Part shown: positions 8,035-15,745 of the stretch, piece by piece
Layout of the letters: each line of letters begins with the position of its first letter
How positions within the stretch are numbered: the first letter of the stretch is position 1
Source of the DNA: Candidatus Thorarchaeota archaeon
GTDB lineage: Archaea > Asgardarchaeota > Heimdallarchaeia > Hodarchaeales > Hodarchaeaceae
Assembly: GCA_048882505.1 (NCBI GenBank)
Contig: JBHLRO010000004.1
Location: 50,193-82,192, forward strand
Length of the DNA stretch: 32,000 nt
Reading direction: 5' to 3'
Notes under the pieces: generated by a model
The model's database searches: none
The model's input: the letters and a program-made list of their open reading frames with translations, nothing else
Told to the model about the DNA's origin: nothing
Program-made: the position numbers and the translations under genes

Positions 8035-10161
8035 TCATTTTCTCTTCTTCTTATTTCGGGATGTAATATATAGGCACCAAAGCCCTACGAGGAGTAAAAT
8101 CCATTCAACGAAGGAAGTAGGCCCGCCAATACCACTTGTAAAATCTGCTGTGTAATATGGATCTGTGTCTATAACCGCAGATCCACTTAAGACAATATGA
8201 AATTCACCTGTTCTCAAAGTTGCCCAGATAACAACGTAATAGGTATGGTTTTCAATTATTAAAAGACTTTCAGCAACCGAAAAGCGGCCGGTATACTCCC
8301 ATTCATCATCATAGACCTCGCCATAAACTACAAGTGGAGCACCAGGCTCCATTTGGATAGTCAGATAGGTTCCATTTGTTAGATCCCATTGCACGCCGCG
8401 AACACGGATTTTTTCTGTCATTTGCCCCGTAAAAACCTCTTCTGTCATATTATCCAAAGTTACCCAAACATACGAGAAGGAAAAATTCCCCACAGTGGCG
8501 GGAATGGATAGGTTAAGCTCATAAAGCCCCTTATCCAGAGAAAAGGAATAAATTCTGCGCCAATTCGTGCTAGAAACGTTCTGTACAACGCTGAGATCAG
8601 GAATAACCGAACTCATATCATCCTTGAGCCAAATATCCAACACTAAAGGTTTAATCTGATCCGAACCACCTAGGAAGAGATAGTAGAGCCCATTTGCCTC
8701 TGAATTAAAACGGGATAAAACTACGTCGTTTTTTTCTGCCCAGATTGTTATTTCTTCACCGATATTGTGCTTTGGGGGTTCAACAATAAGCCATTGAGTT
8801 GGCGTTGAACCAACATTCTTAAGAATATCAGAAGACGTAATCCAATAGCTTAGATTTTTTCCTTCTGCTACATTATCAATTTGGGCCACCCAGTACGAGG
8901 TGTCTGAGATGGGTTTCATATATATCGTATTCCAAGGTCCAGTAGCATCATGATAAAGCGTAACAAAACTGATTGCTGAAAAATCAGAAACCTCTGCCAG
9001 TAGTTCGACAGAATACATACCTTGTCCCGCAGGAGTGATCTTTGGGGATATGATCACGGATGGGAACGTTAGATCCAACCAAAACTCTACAAGTTTAGTA
9101 TTGGTGGAAGTTGTACCTCCACCGTCCTCCCAAGTAACGATGATATTCATTTGCTTATGAAATTCACGACCCAATTCAATTGTCCATTCCTCGATCAGTG
9201 TTGGTAAATCGATTCCTTCTGCTTCCATTTCAGGAAGGTACACCGATGTTCCGCCCGCATATTCCGCCACCCATTTGAATTGATCCTCAATATTACTATC
9301 TGCAATATCTGAAATCACCGTATTGATGATAACTCCTTTGTCCTTTAAACTCGAGAGCACGCTTAATAGTTGGCTTCCATTATAATAATTGCTATCTGTA
9401 TAATCTGTCCCCACAACTTTCCCTGGGTCACAATCCTCGTCACCAACCATAATTATCAGTTTTTGAGCCGTTTCTCTCCAGTCCCATGTGTTTCCAAGAT
9501 GGAGAGCGTCTCCCCAGGGTTCTGTACCGCCACCGGCATAAAGGGAGTTAATGAACGTTTTTACCGCATCAAAGTCCGCCGTAAACTGTAACTGATTCCC
9601 TGGGTGATCCATCGGATAGTTTGAGTACTTTTCCCACCCGTAGATTATAATCCCTATCCGTAAGTTTGGAATCTCTTGCGAAATATTATTGATCAGATCA
9701 GTAATCTTTTGTTTGACCGATGCAATTTCATTTCCCATACTTCCACTGGCATCCATTATAAGTAGAAGGTCAACCGCAGAAGTAGTGTCATTGCTCTTTA
9801 GGCTCGCTACTAAAGATACAATATCAGAGGTATCGGGTTCAATCTCAGGGATTGTTGGGATTGGTGTTGGGGTGATTTCAATATTCGTGAAAGTATGTTC
9901 CACATCCATATTGACATTATAAACTGAATTGGGTAAGGTATTTTTTAACGTAACCCGGAATTCTAGCGTTGAAAATTGACCAAGACCAGTAGCGTTCTTA
10001 GCTATCGAGATTGTGACGTTGCTGCTGTCATTTTGACCTGTTACAGCGAAATTCCCCTTAAATTGTACATTCGTGGTCCTAAGATTCGATATCAGCAGAA
10101 AAAATAGAATTAACCAAGTCGTCATTATCAGATAAGAATATCTCTTTCTTCTCACGACCAT
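8035..10161 (-). CDS. Secreted, membrane-anchored von Willebrand factor A (MIDAS) domain protein
   Basis: Signal helix, then DLLLIMDASGSM (DxSxS), GGGTEP and IMVGDE completing the MIDAS motif. Ig-like/beta domains follow, and the protein ends in a TM helix plus the basic tail RNKKKRK. Confidence 0.85.
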   Translation of the reverse strand: MVVRRKRYSYLIMTTWLILFFLLISNLRTTNVQFKGNFAVTGQNDSSNVTISIAKNATGLGQFSTLEFRVTLKNTLPNSVYNVNMDVEHTFTNIEITPTPIPTIPEIEPDTSDIVSLVASLKSNDTTSAVDLLLIMDASGSMGNEIASVKQKITDLINNISQEIPNLRIGIIIYGWEKYSNYPMDHPGNQLQFTADFDAVKTFINSLYAGGGTEPWGDALHLGNTWDWRETAQKLIIMVGDEDCDPGKVVGTDYTDSNYYNGSQLLSVLSSLKDKGVIINTVISDIADSNIEDQFKWVAEYAGGTSVYLPEMEAEGIDLPTLIEEWTIELGREFHKQMNIIVTWEDGGGTTSTNTKLVEFWLDLTFPSVIISPKITPAGQGMYSVELLAEVSDFSAISFVTLYHDATGPWNTIYMKPISDTSYWVAQIDNVAEGKNLSYWITSSDILKNVGSTPTQWLIVEPPKHNIGEEITIWAEKNDVVLSRFNSEANGLYYLFLGGSDQIKPLVLDIWLKDDMSSVIPDLSVVQNVSSTNWRRIYSFSLDKGLYELNLSIPATVGNFSFSYVWVTLDNMTEEVFTGQMTEKIRVRGVQWDLTNGTYLTIQMEPGAPLVVYGEVYDDEWEYTGRFSVAESLLIIENHTYYVVIWATLRTGEFHIVLSGSAVIDTDPYYTADFTSGIGGPTSFVEWILLLVGLWCLYITSRNKKKRK

Positions 10162-10379
10162 TCATGTCCACCCATCAATATTTCAGGTCACCAATTCACA
10201 CCTGATGATCTGCTTTTTTCCTGGTTTTTCTATTTCAAATACCTTTGCAAGTACGCATGAAATATCGTATCAATGCTTTTTACCCATACGACTGGATTCT
10301 CTTATTCTAAATTGAACTGGTAAAAAAACTTAAGAAGAAGGTTATGGACTTTTGTAGAAATTCATACAGAGGCGATTTT

Positions 10380-11192
10380 ATGTCTACATGCGAAGAGACA
10401 ATATGTACTGGCGCCTGTGAGGCATGTACAATTGCGATCTGTTCCGAGGCCCTCGCTGGATGTCAGTGTAATCAAACTCCTCAGTGCAATACGAACTGCA
10501 ATCCCCAATGCAGCGGATCATCCTGTCGCTGTGGATCTTCCAGTTCAATAATCCTACCAGGAATTCTTGGGATAATTGGAATCTTCCTGACTGGGATTTT
10601 GGGAATTGGAATCTTGAGCACTTTTGGAGCGAAGAGCCCATATGTTCTGACTGTCGTGGGTGCAATTGGTATCGGTTTTAGCCTTTCTGGATTTAGGTAC
10701 GATGTTAATCCCTCGCAATGTCCTGATTCTGCCAAAACCCGTACAAGATGGCACCGGCTTGTGGTTATCCATTCTCATCATCCCCCAGCTCAACGAATAA
10801 CGGGACATGAATTCAAGATCGGGGAGAAGTACTTTTGTACTGGTTGCTACGGCATTTTAATAGGTATCATTCTGGCCTTACTCATCGCGGTTTTTTATCT
10901 CGTATTTGGAATTGCAGAATGGATGGGGCCCTTAGTTTTGGTTGCCGTTCCCATAAGTTTCATCCCGATAATATTGCGCTACACAAAATACCGAAACGGA
11001 TCTTCGATATTTCGATTAATTTCTAACATTCTTCTTCCAGTGGGTTGCTGCCTGGTATTCGTGATTTTCGATGCTACCTCACAGGGATTAACCAATAATG
11101 TCCTGTTAACCTTGGGGATAATGTTAATCGCATTATTGCGAGGTTTTGCAGGCGCTAGATCTAATCGCAGCCTAGGGTTAGTGAAATCCTAA
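10380..11192 (+). CDS. Multi-pass membrane protein with a 12-Cys N-terminal domain and a His/CxxC motif (DUF2085-like)
   Basis: Likely start is the ATG at 10380 (GAGG upstream; the ORF track starts at 10344). There are 12 Cys in the first 51 aa, about 6 TM helices, and the motif HSHHP...HEFKIGEKYFCTGCYG. Confidence 0.65.
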   Translation: MSTCEETICTGACEACTIAICSEALAGCQCNQTPQCNTNCNPQCSGSSCRCGSSSSIILPGILGIIGIFLTGILGIGILSTFGAKSPYVLTVVGAIGIGFSLSGFRYDVNPSQCPDSAKTRTRWHRLVVIHSHHPPAQRITGHEFKIGEKYFCTGCYGILIGIILALLIAVFYLVFGIAEWMGPLVLVAVPISFIPIILRYTKYRNGSSIFRLISNILLPVGCCLVFVIFDATSQGLTNNVLLTLGIMLIALLRGFAGARSNRSLGLVKS

Positions 11193-11402
11193 AAAAAGCC
11201 TTAATTTATCTTCTTTTCGGCCGTATAAGACTGTTTCGTATTTGAAAGACCATTCTCTTGATTTGGGAATCATTTTAAGGATGATAGGGCAATATTATGG
11301 GCAGAGAAACTTCGAGAGAGGTTTTAGTTACGATGTATTCACACAACACACAAAAAAAACACGTCTGGCCGTGAACGCAATAGGTGAGTCGAGGCTAATT
11401 CA

Positions 11403-12632
11403 ATGAAACAACTTATGAAGATTTTTAAAAACTTCAATTGGACAAAAGAACAGCAAGAAGAAAACCAAATGATCTTGGAGATGGTTTACGATCTGGCAAT
11501 GGGAGAAATCTTCGAAAAAGATCAGGAATGGGATATGGAAGGGGCACAGTTTGATTCTGCCACCAAAAAGACTTCTTATCCACCTGGAATGATGGAACTT
11601 TATGGAAAATGCCAAGAAAACGATGTCTTGAACGTGATCGTGCCCGAAGAGTACAACGGATTTGGACTATCATATTCTCTCTGGTGTGCTATAATTGAAC
11701 TAATGGCCCGGGCCTCCTTGTCATTTTCGATGTTCTTTCCCAGTCAAGGTCTTGCGATTGAGATTATTAACCATTTTGCTACCAAAGAGGCCAAGCAGAG
11801 CTATCTTCCACGTTTAGGAAGTGGAGACGTGATTGGGGCAATGGCATTCTCGGAACCTAATGCAGGCTCTGACATCTCCGGTGTTGCCACAAAAGCTGAG
11901 CGAGATGGTGATAGCTTTTATCTGACGGGAAACAAAATTTGGCTGTCTCATGGAGGAGCAGCTGGGCTCTACATTCTTCTGGCGGTAACTGATAAATCAA
12001 AGGGTCCTAAAGGTCTGTCTGCTTTCGTGTTGGATCCTAAAATCGCACAGGATGGCTTTGAAGTAGTTCGAATTGAGGAAAAAATGGGGCTCCATGGCTC
12101 AATCACAGCTCAAATCGCCCTTGATCGAGCTGAAGTTCCTAAAGAAAACTTACTCGGTCAGCAGAATAATGGATTAAGACTCGTGTTAGGGAGTCTTGCC
12201 TCAAGTCGGATAGGTATCGCTGCACAAGCGGCAGGGATAAGCGAGACCGCCTTACAGGAAAGCATTAACTATGCAAACCAACGAGTCCAGTTCGGAAAAC
12301 CAATAGGTCGCCATCAAGCCATATCTTTTATGCTCGCAGATATGGCTACAAAAGTTCATAATGCACGTCTCCTGTACTTAAATACGGCACGAACCAAGGA
12401 TAACGGAGAAGATACGCAAATTGAATCTTCTTATGCGAAATATTACGCTACTGAAATTGCCCAAGATGTAACCTATAACGCGGTTCAAATCCACGGTGGA
12501 TTCGGATATTCGAGAGAATACCGCGTAGAACGGTTGTTCCGCGATGCTCGTGTCCTTACCATTTATGAGGGAACGTCTGAGATGCAAAAAACAATCATTT
12601 CTCGTGGAACACTTTCACGGGTTCAACAGTAA
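11403..12632 (+). CDS. Acyl-CoA dehydrogenase
   Basis: Motifs AFSEPNAGSD, GNKIW, KMGLHGS, QRVQFGKPI, QIHGGFGY and the catalytic IYEGTSE. Confidence 0.97.
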   Translation: MKQLMKIFKNFNWTKEQQEENQMILEMVYDLAMGEIFEKDQEWDMEGAQFDSATKKTSYPPGMMELYGKCQENDVLNVIVPEEYNGFGLSYSLWCAIIELMARASLSFSMFFPSQGLAIEIINHFATKEAKQSYLPRLGSGDVIGAMAFSEPNAGSDISGVATKAERDGDSFYLTGNKIWLSHGGAAGLYILLAVTDKSKGPKGLSAFVLDPKIAQDGFEVVRIEEKMGLHGSITAQIALDRAEVPKENLLGQQNNGLRLVLGSLASSRIGIAAQAAGISETALQESINYANQRVQFGKPIGRHQAISFMLADMATKVHNARLLYLNTARTKDNGEDTQIESSYAKYYATEIAQDVTYNAVQIHGGFGYSREYRVERLFRDARVLTIYEGTSEMQKTIISRGTLSRVQQ

Positions 12633-12672
12633 TCAAGGTTAAATTAACAAAAATAGATTTGGAGTGATTGCT

Positions 12673-13470
12673 ATGAATATACTCGTATTTGTTAAAGCTA
12701 CTCTGTCTCGTACGGCAGAGCTCGACCCTGATGAAATTTTTCCTGGGGACATGGATGACTCGTCAGAGGTACAAACCAATCCCTACGACAAACATGCAAT
12801 TGAAGCCGCTTTGCGACTCGTTGAAGAAAAAGGTGAAGGAAAGGTAACAGCAATCTGCCTTGGATCTGATATGGCTGACAAGGTGGTGAAAGAAGCAATC
12901 GCCATGGGGTGTGCTGAAGCCATACGAATTGAAAACAGTGATGCGGAAATCACCCATTTCTTTTCAGTCGCGAAAATCCTGGCTGCCGCCGCAAGGAAAC
13001 TGGAATTCGATCTCCTTTTGTTTGGAATGCAATCTTACGATTATGGCACAGCTGCCGTCGGTCCGATGGTGGCGGAGTTTCTGCAGCTCCCCTCCGCGAC
13101 ATATTGTGAGAAAGTAACAATTACTGATGGAAAGGCCACAGTTCGCAAGGTTATTGAAGGAGGAACGCGAGATGTCCAGGTCCAACTTCCAGCTGTTTTA
13201 ACCATTGCAAGCACAGGAGATTACGAGGAACCGCGTTACACTCCTGTTCGTCGTATAATGCAAGCTAGTAGAACCAAGGTCCCTATTTGGGATATCAGGG
13301 AACTGGACACTGGTGATTATGAGCCAAGTGTCGTATTTGACGACATCGAACAACCTCCTGTAAGGACAGAAGCCTGTGAGGTTTTTAAAGATGCAGATGC
13401 AAGTGAACTTGTCACTCAGCTACTAGAAGCCCTGAAAACCAAAGGCCTTAATTTGGCAGCTTACAAATAA
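12673..13470 (+). CDS. etfB: Electron transfer flavoprotein beta subunit
   Basis: NPYDKHAIEAAL, AMGCAEA, GPMVAEFL, EPRY. The ATG at 12673 follows RBS GGAGTG. Adjacent to etfA. Confidence 0.93.
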   Translation: MNILVFVKATLSRTAELDPDEIFPGDMDDSSEVQTNPYDKHAIEAALRLVEEKGEGKVTAICLGSDMADKVVKEAIAMGCAEAIRIENSDAEITHFFSVAKILAAAARKLEFDLLLFGMQSYDYGTAAVGPMVAEFLQLPSATYCEKVTITDGKATVRKVIEGGTRDVQVQLPAVLTIASTGDYEEPRYTPVRRIMQASRTKVPIWDIRELDTGDYEPSVVFDDIEQPPVRTEACEVFKDADASELVTQLLEALKTKGLNLAAYK

Positions 13471-13484
13471 CGGAGGTGTCAATC

Positions 13485-14444
13485 ATGATACTGGTAATTA
13501 TTGAAATATCTCAGGGAAAGATTGTCGGATTATCAAAAGAATGCATTAGTGCTGGCAAGAACCTTAGCACAGACCTGGGAACCGAACTCCATGGGGTTAT
13601 TTTGGGTCAGGGTATTGAGAGATTGGCTACCGAAGCCACTCAATATGGATTAAATAAGGTTTACGCGGTTGATGACGAATCCATGGCAAGAACCAACATC
13701 CTATACCACGCTCGAACGCTAGAGGCATTGATCAAGCAACAAAATCCCCAAGTTGTCCTTGCGGGAGCCACGCTTTATGGACAGGAGTTGGTACCGCGTC
13801 TAGCAGCGCGTTTTGACAAGGCAATGTTTGCATCCGTTGACCGGATAACGGTCAGTGCTGGAGAGTTCAAAGGAGTACACCCGTTATTTGAAGAAAAGCT
13901 CCTTGCTGCCATGGAGGCCGATACAGATCAGTTGACCTTTGCAACCATTCTAAGTGGTAAGAATGCGGAAGTCGAACTGGATACTTCGGTATCAGGAGAA
14001 GTTATTGCCTTCGCTCCCGTAATTGAGGAAAGCGATAAGCGTGAAACGTTTGTTTCAGATACTATTGCCAAAGTTTCGGTCGATATTACCAAAGCGAAGC
14101 TTATTGTCTCGGGCGGCCGTGGTGTTGGCTCGAAAGAAAAATTTGCCATTATTTTCGAAGCGGCAAAGGCCTTAGGGGGTGAAGTGGGTGCAAGTCGTGC
14201 CGCAGTCGATGCAGATTGGGTTGATTATTCGCGAGAAATAGGGCAGACGGGAAGAACAGTAAGCCCTGATTTCTACATCGCGGCCGGAATCTCTGGAGCG
14301 ATTCAGCATTTAGTTGGTATGCGAAATTCAAAGACAATCATTGTGGTCAACACCGACGAGGAAGCGCCAATAATCGAAATCGCCCACTATGCCATCATCG
14401 CAGACCTCCACGAGGTACTTCCTGAGTTAATAAAACAGGTATAA
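13485..14444 (+). CDS. etfA: Electron transfer flavoprotein alpha subunit
   Basis: FAD-binding motifs SGGRG, GASRAAVD, IGQTG, GISGAIQH and VNTD. The ATG at 13485 follows RBS GGAGGTG. Confidence 0.96.
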   Translation: MILVIIEISQGKIVGLSKECISAGKNLSTDLGTELHGVILGQGIERLATEATQYGLNKVYAVDDESMARTNILYHARTLEALIKQQNPQVVLAGATLYGQELVPRLAARFDKAMFASVDRITVSAGEFKGVHPLFEEKLLAAMEADTDQLTFATILSGKNAEVELDTSVSGEVIAFAPVIEESDKRETFVSDTIAKVSVDITKAKLIVSGGRGVGSKEKFAIIFEAAKALGGEVGASRAAVDADWVDYSREIGQTGRTVSPDFYIAAGISGAIQHLVGMRNSKTIIVVNTDEEAPIIEIAHYAIIADLHEVLPELIKQV

Positions 14445-14485
14445 CCCTTCTTCCTCTTTTTTTCCTTCATTCTTCAAAAAAAAAT
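14445..14485. terminator. Probable bidirectional archaeal oligo-T terminator between convergent genes
   Basis: A pyrimidine run with T7 (14457-14463) follows the etfA stop. An A9 run (14476-14484) reads as T9 on the minus strand after the 7TM gene stop. Confidence 0.55.
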
Positions 14486-14499
14486 GGGTTTCCAGGTTT

Positions 14500-15198
14500 T
14501 TAAACCTGAGGGACTGGCTTAGAAGTTTGAGCTCTGGCGGTTTTGATTAAATTCGTGATATTAGTAAAAGATACGGACGCAACCAATACGCCGAAAATAA
14601 TAGTGGCCAAAGCTATATAGTTTAAAAGATCACCTAAACTAAAGAAAGTTATGACAGTAGTTGCTAGTTGTCCCGTAGTGCCAATTAAGATGCCTGCTTC
14701 CAGGAAGTGTATTTTTGAAACGTCCTCCATCTCGCCATAAAGTTTACCGAAAAGCATCATTGAAATAAACAATGGAACGCAAATGAGGAGATTGAATGCC
14801 GCGTCACTGATAGCGAAATCAACATACATTAAATTAAACATCTCATTTCCGGATAAACCTAAACCTAAGAAGATATAAATCCCTGAAAACCAAGTTATAG
14901 TGTGATTTCTCCACGCATAGAATCCATTGACAATCATATAGGATGAATATACAAGACCTAACGGGGCGAAGAGAAATATAACCATCCCAAAGTTTGATAA
15001 CAAAGTGGGATCGCCCAAGGGGAGGATGTTTAGTTCATGGAGTTGAAGAACTCCGGAAATAGCTGTGTTGAATGCGTAAAACGAGGTAGTTGTTGCAAAC
15101 GCTATGTTTGCAGGATTCTGTGATTTTCGTAAGACAAGGAAGGTTAGAAAGGAAAATGATGCTGAAAGACCTGAGTAAAGGATTAGTAGTTCCAACAT
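14500..15198 (-). CDS. Stand-alone 7-TM membrane protein (resembles archaeal histidine-kinase N-terminal 7TM sensor domains)
   Basis: Seven hydrophobic segments, with RKSQNPANIAFA after TM1 and no cytoplasmic output domain. The family call is tentative. Confidence 0.6.
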   Translation of the reverse strand: MLELLILYSGLSASFSFLTFLVLRKSQNPANIAFATTTSFYAFNTAISGVLQLHELNILPLGDPTLLSNFGMVIFLFAPLGLVYSSYMIVNGFYAWRNHTITWFSGIYIFLGLGLSGNEMFNLMYVDFAISDAAFNLLICVPLFISMMLFGKLYGEMEDVSKIHFLEAGILIGTTGQLATTVITFFSLGDLLNYIALATIIFGVLVASVSFTNITNLIKTARAQTSKPVPQV

Positions 15199-15745
15199 GA
15201 CTGATCACGGTTTTCCTAGTTGAATTCAATATTTTAAATCGTATTTTTACGAATTCAGAAAGTATTGAATGGCGGATGGATTCCTCATGGCGCCTTTTAA
15301 ATCGGGGTGCCAAAAAGAAGGAAAATCCAGGGACCTCATAGGAATGTAACCATATCCAGCAGAAAGTATGCATGAGAGGGGTCGAAACGGATTTGGAACT
15401 ACGACGTTGAGTTAGGCAACTGTTCTTATTTCTTCTGGAGGGAGAATAGCTCTTAGGCTTCAAGAAACGGAAAATGAACTCCCAAATATTCTACAGAAAT
15501 CGCCAGCTTTTATTCTCAATGGTATTCCTCCTTGTGATTGTATGATAACGACAATAGATTCAAAAAAGAACCTAAATTTATTAACACGGGTGGCTTATAA
15601 CTCCCTTATGATGCTTCTGTATTAATCGCTCTCCTTAGCCAGAATTAAAATGGAACTCACTGTGAACTGGTTAACTAAATGATTGTTCTTACTCTTAAAC
15701 TACTTCAGGAAGAGATTAATGAAGCTTCACGCAATGGTGATTTTA

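Noticed and set aside
8035-10161. Idea that the vWA protein is a DEPDC5/Iml1 (GATOR1) homolog
   Set aside because: The signal peptide and C-terminal TM place the vWA domain outside the cell, and it has a canonical MIDAS with no other DEPDC5 features.
14500-15198. 7TM protein as a microbial rhodopsin or heliorhodopsin
   Set aside because: There is no retinal-binding Lys in helix 7 and no rhodopsin helix-3 motifs.
15271-15360. Possible structured RNA upstream of the 7TM and FadF genes (GGCGCC/GGTGCC, ATTCCT/AGGAAT and GGAT/ATCC pairings)
   Set aside because: The stems are short and compatible with chance. No riboswitch, SRP, RNase P or tRNA signature is recognisable, and covariation data would be needed.
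15035-15463. 142-aa minus-strand ORF overlapping the start of the 7TM gene
   Set aside because: It overlaps a better gene in another frame, has atypical composition and shows no recognisable domain.
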